Source of the DNA: Phoronis australis
Lineage: Eukaryota > Animalia > Phoronida
Direction: 5' to 3'
Assembly (NCBI GenBank): GCA_002633005.1
Contig: NMRA01000135.1
Coordinates: 123,115-187,114 of the forward strand
DNA length: 64,000 nucleotides
Shown here: positions 1-14,117 of the stretch, one piece after another
Layout of the letters: the number at the start of each line of letters is the position of its first letter
Position numbering within the stretch: the first letter of the stretch is position 1
Notes under the pieces: model-generated
What the model saw: only the letters and a program-made list of their open reading frames with translations
The model's database searches: none
Told to the model about the DNA's origin: nothing
Made by a program: the position numbers and the translations under genes

Positions 1-98
1 GGGGTTTAGGAGATACAGCCGCAGACGCTGGATGCCATATGCCCAGACAGAAATGACAGCAATATGCACCCACATATAAATATGTGGGCGCATAAAAA
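1..98 (-). mobile_element. 5' end of a Helentron-associated non-autonomous element (HINE/DINE-1-like), truncated by the window edge
   Basis: The minus strand starts TTTTTATGCGCCCACATAT-TT-ATATGTGGGTGCATA (hairpin at 63-94), followed by gtcatttctgtctgggc...ggctgtatctcctaaacccc. This matches the start of the repeats at ~25875 and ~27412. Confidence 0.7.
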
Positions 99-1769
99 GA
101 ACGTCAAAACTGCCCTGTTTTCAGTTTCAAGATCTTCTTCTAATTCAAGCATTGTTATAAATGGTCATCATTCAAATATTGAGCAAACCTTAAAATATTA
201 CACGGAGTAAAAGCAGGATTTTCCAGTCAAATCTCGAGTAAAGCACAGTCTTAGGCCTTAACCTTGAGTGAACTTGCACAATTGTTTTTCTATGTCTTCA
301 GCTTGAGACCTTTTCCACAGCCCCAGTCATGTTTCTGCTAGGATCATGTTCCTCTCAAATTAACTCAATATGGCTGTGGCATGTGACTGAACCAAAGACA
401 CATGGTAGAGTCACGATATACCAGGCATTTTTCAAATTGTACAAAACCAGGGCAATGGCAACTAATTGTCAAGAACAAACAAAATTAACATTTTGCAAAT
501 ATTTGTTGTTCTGTAAGCAACAACCGACCAGTGTTTAAACTTTTGAATTAGCTGAACAAGGTGTGCGGACATATTGTGCGATAATTTCACATTAGGCGCT
601 GATGTGGTTGTGATTTTGAGTACAAATCAGTAGCAGTAGTTAGACGTCACTTACCTCAGTGTGTGGGAAATCCCAAGCATTTTGGTAGAAAGGTTTATCT
701 GTACCAAACCCTGTTTTCCATTTTGCCTGGCATTTATATCAAAGTTGTTTATCAGGCTTCTATGGCTCCACAAATTGTGGGAATTACATAATTTAAAAAG
801 GACCAAACCACAAGATGAGACCAGTTCACTCAAAGCTAAACATCTTATTTGAAAGAAAGGTATGCTGCTTATGACCAGCAAAAGAAAATCTGTAAACATA
901 CAGTATGTTGTCCGTCATTAATATCAGTGTCCCTAACCTGGTTCATAATTTTAAAGAAGAAAATTACATTTTCAGTTCAAATTAGAATGTTTATCAAAAC
1001 AAATTGCGATATATTAGTAAGCCAATGAAGGGAAGCCACAAATAATTCAGATTTTTAAAAAAGACACCAGTATCATGATTTTGTTTAGAAAGCATTCATT
1101 CCTAACATTTTCATCATTGTTTCAGAAACACTGGCAGCTAGTTCACCACAACACAAACATGTTTCACCAAAAAGTAAACAAGCTGACAAATTTACAACTT
1201 GAACAGGACTTAGAGCCAGATGGGGAAAAGAAACTGTAAATTCCGGCTGAGGTCGGCCAATTAGAAACAATGGAATCCGCTCGCCTAAACACACAATGGT
1301 AGTTACAGCAAATATTTAACTTTTCGACCCAGGTATGTGGTACACACTGTGACACACCTACCCAGGGGGTATGGGCATCTAACGGTAACTGGCAAACATA
1401 CTAACTGGCAAACATACGGGCACAACCGTACGCTGCTCTGTCCATCTGTAGCAAAAACTAAATAGCCACCATCGTTGTTATGTTAATTGATCAGAATTGC
1501 ATCATTGTTTTCATTACCACACAAAAACCTACAATTACTATGTCATAGAATCATCCAAGAATAGACATTCACACACTAGTGAACCAATCATTAGCCGGAC
1601 GTAATATAATGTTCGAATCAATTTCCCCGACCTGAAAAATGTTTAAAAAGCTACTGTGGGTCTTCAACAACAGATTAGAAAGCATGAATTGAAGCTTCAG
1701 TGAACTGTGCTCGTTCAAATTGATCATTGAAGTCACATCAGATTTGATTGGCTCAAACATATGGTAATT

Positions 1770-1864
1770 GTCACTTACAGGTGTCAGGCGTTTTGAGAAC
1801 CAGTTTTCTCTACCAAAAATGGGCATCAAACTGATTCTCAAAATCTGAAACCTGTGTAAGTGAC
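1770..1864. mobile_element. ~90-bp hairpin micro-MITE, copy 1 of 3
   Basis: gtcacttacagg...ttttgagaaccagttt pairs with aaactgattctcaaaa...cctgtgtaagtgac. Related copies lie at 31306 and 37612. Confidence 0.65.
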
Positions 1865-4800
1865 TAGTGCCAAAAGAATTACTGGGATTTTCCATAGATA
1901 AGCCCACCTGATGAAACACCCATGAGCGTTTCTTCGGAAAATTATGCAGAATAAATGCCCATTGGCGACTATTTGGTGTTACAACTTCTGGCGTCAAGTG
2001 TCCAGATAGTGGGGGTGTTTATTCGGAAAATTTCCTCTTAAAAAGCCTAATCATTGTCAACTTTTTGACACAAATTCAGTTTTGTAGAGCATTTATCACT
2101 TATCAAAACGAACAAGGTATAAGTGAACCGTGCATTTGTTAACATAAAATTTAAAAACAGTTTTAAGTAAAAAAGTCAAAGTTAGCAAAACTATGACTTT
2201 CCGTTTACACGCTCCCCCTTTTTCCAAATAAACGTCCGGGCATTTATTTGATGTTACTAAAACGCCTTGAAATTTTCATTTTCTGAATACATGTTCATGG
2301 GCTTATCTACAGAAAATCCCAGTATCCAGGAGCACGAAACTTCAAAAGTTTACCATAATTCTTCACCTACTTAACAAAAATAACTGAAAATAATTGTTTC
2401 TCATAGGCTGATTACTGCTATTAAAAGTGTTCACAATTCATCATGATTATTGCTAAAAATAGAAAAATTGCCAAAAGTAGTTTATGATTGTGCTAATAAT
2501 GCACTAAAATTTTCTTGATCTTTATTTTGTGGAGAAATTCGACGAAATAGAATTTCATTTGTCAGCAATGTTGCGTGCTAAATAAGTCAAGATTGAATGA
2601 CCCAACTGCCGAAGTACTTTAAACTACAAGTCAACAGAAGATAAAACACAGGGTGAGGAAATTTATCATCAAAATTTATCATCATCAATTATACACTCTC
2701 ATCTGATAAGTACGCCAAATTATAACCAGTCTTATCAATTGGTATTTATTTCTGGCATTGTAAATAAAGAATCATTTCAATTGCTACCACGTTATCATTT
2801 ACAGAAGCAGTTGATTGTTAAACATTTAAGTGATAAGAAGCAAAACAGAAAATGTGACTCATAAAACAAAAAAATACCAGTCGTGTGCTATCTCATCAAA
2901 CTTCAACGTTAACAGTGCGCAGTTTTGCTATCAAGTTGGAATTTAGAAACACAACAGAATTTGGTTAACTACAGGATATAATGCTAACTGCGGTTTCCGC
3001 CCTGAATTTTATAAAATTATATTTTTTGTGTATGTCTTGATAAATTTTAACTGTTAAAAAAATACAGAGTTATGAACTGGTTGTCACTTAAATTTTATTT
3101 CTTCCACAGAAAGTCATAATTCTGGCTATGAAATTGATTCAAGGTAAGTTCAAAATAAACTTAAGTTCACATTTGGTATATAAAGAAATAGTAGGGAAAT
3201 TTTAATAATACCTCATTAAAACAATCTTACGCATGAAATGTACAGTTACACTACTGTCTGTGTAATGCGTCCACCAAAAAACAGAAAACCCGAATATCAT
3301 GCTTCAGAAACATTGCTCTCAGTTTCTGTGCGGATAAATGGAAGACCTGTTTCTATTTGACACCAAAAGCTTATGTAAATTCCAATATTGCTGGCAGGTG
3401 ATCCGATTGATAAGGAAATCTTTTCACATAAACAGGCCAAATGGAAGGCCATTCTTTTCACACCACAATGCTGCTTTAAAACGCACTGACATCAAATGCA
3501 TACAACTGGCATGTTGTGATTTCAGAATACACAAAACCAGCTGTCATTCAACAGGAAATACAAAACAGCAAAACAGCAAAACAATTGAATCCTCGACACT
3601 CAACTTACAGCGAATATCCTTACCAATTGCAGAATCCAGCCATATAATCCTCAAGAGGTTGTATACAAATACTCCAAGCACATATACTCCAGGTACTGAT
3701 GGCACAACCTTGTCACAAAGAAACCTGGTATTTGTGGTACTCCAGTGCTGGGCAACAGATATTCCCGCCTCTCTCTTTTAGACCACAGCCTCCAGCTTCA
3801 AATACTCTCAACAATACTCCTGTAGTGAAAATTGGTAACTCAAAACTCAACACCACCACATTTTCCCCTCATATCTAGTGTGGCAGAAGGCTAAGACTGA
3901 GGGCACAACACAGTTGACTGCAAGCCATTCCCTCCGCCACAATGGTTAACAATAGCGGGAATGCCAGGTATGTGGTTGCAGCCATTTGTCAGGTTTAACA
4001 CTCTGTCAGTCACTAACAAAAGACTGCCTTGGTTGTGTCCCAAGGCAACAACTGGTGTTGGGTAATAAACCCAAGACACAAAGACAGTTGAAACCCAACC
4101 ATGATCAGAGGTCAAAATTCAAGCTATAAAAAGTGAATCAAAACAAAAAAATGCGCTACCAATTTCTCGAAATTAGAAATTTAGAACAATATAGCACCTC
4201 GTGTACTCGTAACATGAAAATCAGACGCAACTTGTGAAGGAACCCTACCTCTTCAATATACCGGTAAGCAATGAGCTATTGATATAAGCAAGTTGATAAC
4301 TGAACTTCACCAGCTAGCTTGAACTGTGTGGAACTGATATCTGCAGATGGCGTGAGAAAAAAACTGTTCGTGTGTTTCTCATTAATCTCCGGCTAGGAAT
4401 GTAAGACATCACTCCTGGTGTTCATGGATTTTTGACTTATGACTCACGGACAAGGAAAAATGAATTCATTTTTCCGCAACACACTGTGGTCAGCCAAGGT
4501 TGAATAGATTTGAATGGGCGCGGGTTAGATTTCAAACAGATGATGACAATTTTTCATTGCCTATTACCAGGCATGGAGAGATAAAAAATAGTGCAGTAAA
4601 AGTGGACCAACTCAACAAGGTCTGCAGCAAATCGTGCCTCACTAAAGTCTTAATTGTTTAGAAGAGTACTGACAGACTGACAAAATTAGACTGCTCAACA
4701 CCTTTTGAATTAAGTGTGAGTTGGCCTTAAAATGTATGAAAAAAGAACAGGAAAATTTGTGTGAAAAACTTGGATTAGAAAGCATCAGCTTAGCACTTTT

Positions 4801-7800
4801 TAAAGAATTTTTATTTTAAATCAAAGCCAAATGCAGTAGTTATGCCAAGACAAATAGAAAATTGTAATTTACCATTAACATAGTATCTACAATGTAGACA
4901 CCATAGAACGGCACTTGATATTTTTTTACATGTGCAACCCAGCCATCAACCAATAAAATTAAAAACAAGTTCTTTTTGCAATCATTTTTGTAAGGAATGA
5001 CTGAAAAAATACGGGGAATCAACTGACCACTGATCTATACAATACACCATGTGTTAATACCTTCAGTTCAACAGACATTGCTAGCATACCTGGTAAACCA
5101 CAGACACCTGTAAACAACTCCCAATGGCTGACATGCAATAAACAAGAGCAAAGCAAGATTTCACCTCAAGCCCAGGGTCAGGGGGCTGGGGGGCATTACC
5201 CCTACTAAAACTAATTACAGCATTCCTCAGGTTCCATTAATTTGCCACAGACAGTAGTGGCCCAGGGAGAACTGAAGCAACTCCAGTTGAAAATGACTGC
5301 TGTACAAATGCTTTCAAATAGGTGATTAAAGGGTCATAAATTCACCTTGAATACCTCCCATTATCAGTTCACCAATGGGTGAAATGGGAGGACCACTGCA
5401 TGAGCAAACCAAATAAATGAGCTGTGACACAGCAGGCTACAGAACTAGATTTGTGGAAGCAGCAAACATTTAACTGTAAAAACAATCACCGTCAAGCATC
5501 TGAAACAATACAATCGAATAAAAGAGGGATTTAATTTCAATTTAAAATACATTTATTTGGGACTAAAAGTCTATCAAATATTCAATTGGACAAACCCAAA
5601 GCAATGAGTAAAACCAAAGTGGAGTTCAATAATTCTAGTAACTCGCCAGAAAAGCAAGATCTTGCAAGAAAACAGCGTGTATTTTCAATGAGAGGACGTG
5701 ACTTTGGCTAGATTTTTCTTGCCACGAGACAGCTATTGCACTTTACCCAGGGAAAATAGATGATATCGAATTGCACAAACCTGTCAATCACTAATACCAA
5801 CAGAAGGCCTAGTTCAAAGAATAAGTCTACGCAAAGCAAATTTTAAATACAAAACAACTAACTATAAGATGTATCTCAGTGATGAGGCCCTACCTGAATC
5901 ACCTGGCACCAACTGCTTAATGGCACGACCTTCACTGCTGGCTCAGAGACTACCTGGCTGTACAAGGCTCCAGGAATGAGGGGCTGGGGGCAGGTGAATA
6001 GAATCTGCACTAAATGACCCCACACTGGACAATAAGGGTGGGCTTATTGCTTCATGGACACAGTGATCAGGCCGGCTGGGCCAGGTGATCAACACAATTG
6101 CACTCATTGACCCACAAATCCACTTACAATATCACCACAGGAATTTTAAATACAGGTATAACAGTGTATAAGTAAGTATGACCCAATCAGTTGAGGTGAG
6201 GTATGGATGGTGTATTGAATGGAATAAGCCAGATTCTTCAATCATCAAAGCAGATTAGAGGCCCCTAAGTCCAATTGCATTTGAGAGATATCTGTCACCA
6301 GAAGCAACAGACTAAGAACAGAGCTAGCTTATCACAACCTAACCAGTAGCTAGGATATTGAAAAAAAATGAAAAACACACATTCAGATTTGTCTTAAAGA
6401 CTTCACAGGGTTCAGATATGCAAAATGTTGATGAGCGAACTTGACAAAAGAAGGCCATTGGCTAGAATCTTATTATCCAAAGTCACAGTTCATCACAGTT
6501 GCCAATTAAAGGTCTCCAAAAACATATCTGCCAATGGCAGGAAATGTAAAGAATGTTGACCAGCTCAATTATGTGACCCTCAAGTGAACTTCCAGTCAAT
6601 AATGCTCTGTTAACAGGAGTTGAATATTTAACTCCTATCAATGTGTTTACTGTTGGAACCACTTGGTCATAAGACACTAAATAGCACCAAAATACTTTTT
6701 TCTCATTCATTTTACAGTTTCGTAAAACATCTTCGATGAACATAATATTTAACACAATGTGACGTTCCTCTTTTTTGTATTTTAAACAGTGAATCCCTGA
6801 CACACAGAGAACGCAGACTTAATATGCCACTGACGATGCAAGCGTGCAACCCTTCTCAAATTGATGGATTAAATTGCGGATTTCCACACTATCCTCCAGT
6901 GCAAACAGTTTTAAATCCACTCCTATGGAGAAATCACCGGCGGTCGCCACACGCAATGTGCGCATTCCAACCGAGAATACGAATCAAATACGCCATCTAG
7001 TGTTTAATTCACAATTCCATTTTCTTGACTTTCCAGATTCTTTCATGAAAAATACAAGTCATATTTTTCAGAACACCTACTGCAAAAGTGGAACACTTGA
7101 AAAACAATTTTTAAGAGTTTTGGAGAACAGTGTATAAAGTAGTATCTAAAAGTTTCTATGACAGTCCGGAATTTGCCAAATTTGAATTTTTTTAAGGTCG
7201 TACGTAACCTTGATAGCAAAATGAATCACAAGACGTGACTGTGAACTTCCCTTCACCTCAGAAAGACTTGTGAAAATGGAAGATAGAAGATGATCTAACA
7301 AACTGGGTGTTTGTGAAACCGTGCCAACCAAAACCAGGTATTTGGGTCAAGTGGAGCACGATAATGTGAGAAATTACTTGACTAAGATTACTGTCAATTT
7401 CAGCACACTAACTGATACACATATCAGAAAATGTTAGCATGATGTGAATTGGCATGGATTTAAAAATAGCACACATCTCACTCTAGGTTCTTATCAGTTG
7501 AAAACCCGAAACTAAATAAAAAATAAACAGCAAAAAGAACGTTATTAGAAAACGTAGCAAGTTGCACATAAAACGTATTTACCACTAATGACAAAATCTC
7601 ACCAATTAGGACACATGGCGGATGAATAATACTTTATTTTCTCATTTTTTCCCTTAAAAATGAGGAGCATGAAATTAATGGTTTTCCACGCTTGAGTTCT
7701 GTACCATAGCTACCACCAGACAATATTTCGAAAAATTGAGAGCATTCACAACAATGAAAAAAGCCTTTGAAAATTTAAGATTGGTGAAATTTTACCACAG

Positions 7801-8017
7801 CCTCAAAGGATGCAAACAAAATAACAAAAAACACCGCAAGTCACTTCCAAACCAAATAAAGTCAACACCACTACCACACCATAAGACTCCAAAAATTCAT
7901 TTCTTGACTTTCAACAATTACAACAAGCTAACTTAAAGTGCTAAACCATGACAGATAAAAATGAGCGCTAAAACAATCCACAATCATACATGGGCCATTA
8001 ATTTTTTAATTCCTTCC

Positions 8018-8233
8018 CTAGTCCATGTGCTGAAGCAGGCTTTTCACATGATGGCCAATAATCAAAAGCTCTCCAAGGTATGCAGCAACTGAGATGGCAG
8101 ACAGACTGGTGGCCAATAACATAGCGGGAATGGTCGAAACCAGCGTCAGTGGCTCAGGTTTCCTCAAGAATTCACAGTTCCAGCTCAGAGCAATCTTGAG
8201 CAAGTTTACATGAAACCAGGAAAGGGAGGACAT
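8018..8233 (-). pseudogene. Possible highly decayed Ty3/Gypsy-type reverse transcriptase fragment
   Basis: KIALSWNCEFLRKP...PAML...VAAYLGELLIIG...LLQHMD follows the order of the RT motifs KTAF...YEFLRMPFGL..APA.F...YLDDILI...HL. The catalytic DD is lost. Confidence 0.3.
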
Positions 8234-10157
8234 GAAACTACTGATGACAGACAGGAGTGAGCTTTCAACACACCATCACTTGCTGAAAATCAGGGCCATG
8301 GAACAACTGCACAAAGGTCTGCTGATAGTGTTTCAACACAAACAAAAATCAGCTAATGCACAAAACAAATGGAACAAGTGTAAATATGTCTTACTCTACC
8401 ACAACTATCTTACTGTAATTCTACACTTGTTTCAAAACTGCTGAAATTGCGATTTTCCATTTTTCAACGAATGACTACTTTACTGCAAATACTGTGACAC
8501 TAAACCAAAGTTGTTTTATGACATCTGCAAAGCAAAAACCAAGGTAGCGACAGACAATAGTAATTCTCATACAAATTTTCCGTCTTTGTCAACATAATGG
8601 CGAGAGTTCGAAAGAAAGCAAACAAAAGATACTAAATCATACTAAGTAATTTTTGCTCTCAAACTTTCTTAATCTATGTAAAAACTACTGTGGGTGTTCC
8701 TGATTTGCCATGGGTCAAGTTACATTGGTAAGATGCCTCTAGAGAAAAAAGGTTTGAAAAGTGCCAAAATGCATTAGGCATCTCACGATGCGTCGACGTT
8801 CGAGCCTAGATGAAGGACTAATCCTTGGTTCAATCTTGACTGACGGCGGGAGTTGTGAATTCCGCTGGGGTTTGCCTTGAGGTTTGTTTTTTATTTCTGT
8901 TCTGACAGGCTCGAATTCAATTCAAGACATTTCCCAATTATTTATCAAGGAATGTAACCCCATACGAATGGAACACCTTGAAAATGAATTGCCCGCGACA
9001 CAGTTACACTTGTTAAAGTAGTAGAAATTCCTTTTGTCATAAAAATCTATTTCCTTTGTGAGCCAAAACATTAAGTTGGTTTGTGTGCACACAGGAGGTG
9101 TTCTGAATGGGGAAGACTGTGTTTACTATAAAAAAACCCTGTGGTTTTAAATTACAGCCGCCAGGCAAAAAATCTTGTTCTTTAGACAACTTATGAGTTA
9201 TCCATTGACAGCAGCGGAAGGTAACAAAACAAATATTTTGGCTTGAACATTCAACTATCAACAAAAAATCTGGCACACATTGTGTGAAGTTTAATAAGCT
9301 GTTTCTTAACATTCCTATCTATCAATTCCAAGTCTAACATCCGAGTAACCCACCCACGAAAAAGTAAAAATAACAAATCCATGCACACGCACAACACAAA
9401 ATAACAAACGACTCATAACGCTGAATGGAGGCAGGTATTTGTTTTTTACACCTTTAGTTCAAACCAGTGAATTAACGACTATAATGCTAGGTAAACTCTC
9501 AGTGCCATATACAAGGTAGTTCAAATATTGAATAGCAAGGAGCCAAGTCCATCAAAAGGTAGACCATTATGACATATAGACAGAGTGAACTGAGTGAATG
9601 CTCTGACATCATCATTAATCAGCCAGGCTTAACAAAAGACTGCATTCCTTAAAAATCAATACCCACATAGGCAGTAGTCCAAGGCATTAGTTCTATTGTG
9701 TTTATTTTTGCTAACTAATCCAGCTACCAGCCCCCAATACATTATTCACTGAGGTATGTGAGCCTTGCCATGAAATAACTCAAAGTTCACTTTACTGAAT
9801 CACTTTTGACGCTGGACAAAAAGAGATCAGTGGAACGGTGGACCGTTTCAGTTCCTTACAGAGTGAACAATGACTACTCTGGAATACAAATGTATAAAGA
9901 AACGGGCTTAAACATGACCACTGAAACTGACAAGAGCTAGTAACAAAGCGTTTTTCACAAATTCAAGAAAAAACACAACAGGATTCATTGTTTAAATTAA
10001 TTCATAAGCTGGTATTCTTAGTGCAACACATTTTGGAACTTCATGAAAATATTCAAATAGCATTACATAGCACTTAATTGTCGGCGGAGAACCCCAGTGA
10101 ATGAAACGCACTTAGAAAGCATGAACTCCCGATTATATGGAAGTTTTCACAAGTGGG

Positions 10158-10524
10158 TAAGGTAGAAAAATTAACAAAAATCTATCACTGGACTTACGGT
10201 TATATAGAGATGGCTATGTTACGTCCTCCTCTCGAGGACTTCATCAGGCCACTGAGTTGTCACGTGACTCCTCATGTGACCTCTCGTGAATAGCTTCTTT
10301 GAGAATCCTAGCCTCAACAGACAGGGGGGGCGCTGAGGTTTCCCTTGCCTAGGACTTGGGATAGGGTCGCTGAATTTGATCCCGTGAAAACTGTGCGACA
10401 GATCACATGACTCGTCATGTGACAACTCAGTGGCCTGATGAAGTCCTTGAGAGGAGGACGTACCGTAGCCAACTCTATGTAACCGTAAGTCCAGTAATAG
10501 ATTTTTGTTAATTTTTCTACCTTA
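10158..10524. mobile_element. Foldback element with ~110-bp inverted arms, each carrying a hammerhead-ribozyme-like motif (Penelope pLTR-like or MITE)
   Basis: 10158-10268 is the near reverse complement of 10414-10524. Each arm reads tggc-CTGATGA-a-gtcct..aggac-GTA[A/C]C[A/G]TA-gcca. Confidence 0.7.
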
Positions 10525-12760
10525 TTACAACAACTGGATGACTGAAAACATTCATCGTACAAGTGGGTAAGTTGCGCTAGTTTAAATAGCGTCCAGACAG
10601 TATTCAAATGTACCGACAACTCGTTCCAGGAGTAACTTGTTCAAGGGAAAGTCTGTGTGTGGACAGCACTTAACATTTTCCAAGGAAAACAACAAGACAA
10701 AGCTGTTACAGTATAAAAATGCACAGTAAGTTATTAGGTTCAGATCCCAACCCTGTCAACAAAATTCTACAGATACCTACCAAGGAATTTGACAGGCTGC
10801 CCATTACACAAGTGGTCTGGCCCATGTCCAGATAACCTGATTAATGCCAAGATTAGCCTAGCATGTTTTGATGGACACTGTCCATTAGCACAGTGACCCT
10901 GCCAGGAATGGGGAGTGGTGATTCAGCAACCATAACTCACTGACCACTGAATTCATGAGATTAATCATACAGAGCAGGTCACCGGCATGGGACAAAATCT
11001 TCCACATCACCAGATGCCGGTGAACTTCCTCTACGAATATGGAGAAAAATCGTCAATTTCGGATAAAAATAATAGTTAAAATTGCCAGATTTTTTTACAA
11101 TTTTCAGAGGCTCAACACACAGTTGCAACAGCTCAAAATTTTACCGAATGTTGTTTGGTGAGAGCTATGCCATACAAACCATGTTAAAAGCAAAGTCAAC
11201 TTTTCTGAAGTTGTTTCTGTTGAGAAATTTGACTAAAAAAATGTCACCCATCCATCACCTTGAGTCCAAAACTGAAGATTTTTTCCTTCTTGTTTCTCAC
11301 ATTGTACAAAGTTTTTCTTCTTAGTCTCTTAAAATAGTTATGAAACTGCCTTCAATTACAAATATGTTTTTATCTAAATGACTTACTGGTTCCTCAGTAA
11401 AATCAGATGAAATATCAGGCTTCGAAAAAACCGACAGTTCGTTTCTGCTTGAAATCCGGCCCTATAAGAGGACTCGTCATGACGTGTGATTTTATGAAAA
11501 GGTCACGTCTTGGACAGAGGGTGGATTCACCAGTCGCCTTAAGAACACCTGCTGCTCTGGTGAAACACCACAATACCACAAAATTTTACTCACCTCTGAA
11601 TTTTTTTGAACTTGATAGGATAGAAATTGATATCAAACCCTCAGAATAGATGCTACTGATTTCTTTTAACAAATTGGGAACTCTTTAAGAAAAATTGCCG
11701 AGGAATGGCAAATGTAAAGTATGTCATAGAAAACGTGACAGAAGTCACAAACAGTTTTAGAAAGAGTGCCGCTCCCCAAAGCAGACTATCCTCAATGTGG
11801 AAAACTGATACTTTGACCACAAAATCAACTCTGAGGATTTTTCACAGGAATGTGTACCCAATTAAACTTAGAAGATGCCAGGGTAAACCACACCAATGAC
11901 CAGTATTGATGATAGATGGACACTACCCAGACAGTATAGGCTGATCAGAGGATGTTGGTCAGTTGAGGTGACCTGGACCAAGCACTGCAGATATTAACCA
12001 TGCACTTGCTACGAAAAATCTCCACATAATTCATGAATTCTATCCCATAATTCACAGGGTCCTCACTCACCTGACCCAAAATGAGCCTGTGCCTTCTGAG
12101 AGGATAATTGTTTGGTTGATGGGAAAATCATCCTTCCCCCAATTTCATATCGCCTGGTCACCACGCCTCATTTGCAATGCCTCAAGAAACTAAGACTAAC
12201 ATTTTTCAGAAGTGATTCTAACCTTGAGGGAAATTTTTGGACCTGATTAGGATAACATAGCATGATTTTAAAATATCTTTAATAGGGGAATGGGAGCCAA
12301 TATTCGGTCCCAAAATCACCGCATCGAGAGCCATGATTCAACATTTACTAACCAATCACTTCAGTGGTCACCACTTAAGTTACACCTAAGTATGGTCTCC
12401 AGAATCATCGCGAAACACTCGCACTTCACTCACGTGATTTTGCGGGACCTCTCACTACTTTTCTTGCACAAAACTTGGTTTGTATTAAACACCTCTGGTC
12501 ATCAATCATGTCTTGCCCTATATGTGACAATATTAGTCAATGGTCCCTCCCAATTGACACTATAGATCAACAACAAAAATACCTTGAAAACTACTATTAT
12601 GGTGAAAATTCTCCTCTTTGGAACATAGAACAAAAATTATTTCGCTCAAGCTAGTAGCTTCTACCAAATCTGAGAAACTCGCATTGTGGGGCATCCCAAT
12701 TCAAATGCGCTGGTAGCAGTTTGTACTGACATGGAAATGATAAGTATTATCTTTTATGAA

Positions 12761-14117
12761 CTTCCAAATTTATTTTCAGACCCTGTCATGCAAACACATG
12801 CACCGGTCCACAATTTGAGAGATACAATACAAAAATCACCCATGTCAAAAATTTCAGAATCAGAAAATTCAATTTCGGCCTGGATTTTGGATTCTCAAAT
12901 TTTGGAGACTACCTCAAACTGGAGAATTTTTACTGTACATAATAAACCCGTCTGATTATGTGGTAGTCATGCATTTGTTTCTAGCAACCGTATTGGAACA
13001 AGCATGAATGCTTTCAGAAATTCATTGATTCAAGTGAGCCACTAACATCTTATCTAAACACTCCATATTTTACCCACGTACCCTAGAAAAAAAACACCAG
13101 TCCAAACAGAGTAACAATGTTCAAGGCAGATGTTACATTGAGTTCAGAGTCTTCTCTTTCTTATACGTTTTCATGATTCATATGTAAAGCGAAGAATGTT
13201 GGAATGATTATTATTATGTGACTGTTTACATAGGTCGTCAGATACAATTTACTCTCTTGGTATCACACCACTTGCATTGTGACTGACGTGAGTGAAGGAT
13301 GTGACGGGAGGCTCGAAAAATGACAAGACAACAATGGATTTTAAGTCACTCCACTGTGACCTATTTGCAATGTCAACAACCTTTGAAAACAACTGGTTTA
13401 AAACCAGTAAGTCAAACAGAACAAACAAAAACACACGCNCTTCCAAATTTATTTTCAGACCCTGTCATGCAAACACATGCACCGGTCCACAATTTGAGAG
13501 ATACAATACAAAAATCACCCATGTCAAAAATTTCAGAATCAGAAAATTCAATTTCGGCCTGGATTTTGGATTCTCAAATTTTGGAGACTACCTCAAACTG
13601 GAGAATTTTTACTGTACATAATAAACCCGTCTGATTATGTGGTAGTCATGCATTTGTTTCTAGCAACCGTATTGGAACAAGCATGAATGCTTTCAGAAAT
13701 TCATTGATTCAAGTGAGCCACTAACATCTTATCTAAACACTCCATATTTTACCCGCGTACCCTAGAAAAAAAACACCAGTCCAAACAGAGTAACAATGTT
13801 CAAGGCAGATGTTACATTGAGTTCAGAGTCTTCTCTTTCTTATATGTTTTCATGATTCATATGTAAAGCGAAGAATGTTGGAATGATTATTATTATGTGA
13901 CTGTTTACATAGGTCGTCAGATACAATTAACTCTCTTGGTATCACACCACTTGCATTGTGACTGACGTGAGTGATGGATGTGATGGGAGGCTCGAAAAAC
14001 GACAAGACAACAATGGATTTTAAGTCACTCCACTGTGACCTATTTGCAAAGTCAACAACCTTTGAAAACAACTGGTTTAAAACCAGTAAGTCAAACAGAA
14101 CAAACAAAAACACACGC
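12761..14117. repeat. ~678-bp direct duplication around N13439 (probable haplotype overlap artefact)
   Basis: 12761-13438 and 13440-14117 differ by about 7 substitutions, and the junction is exactly a single N. Confidence 0.9.
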
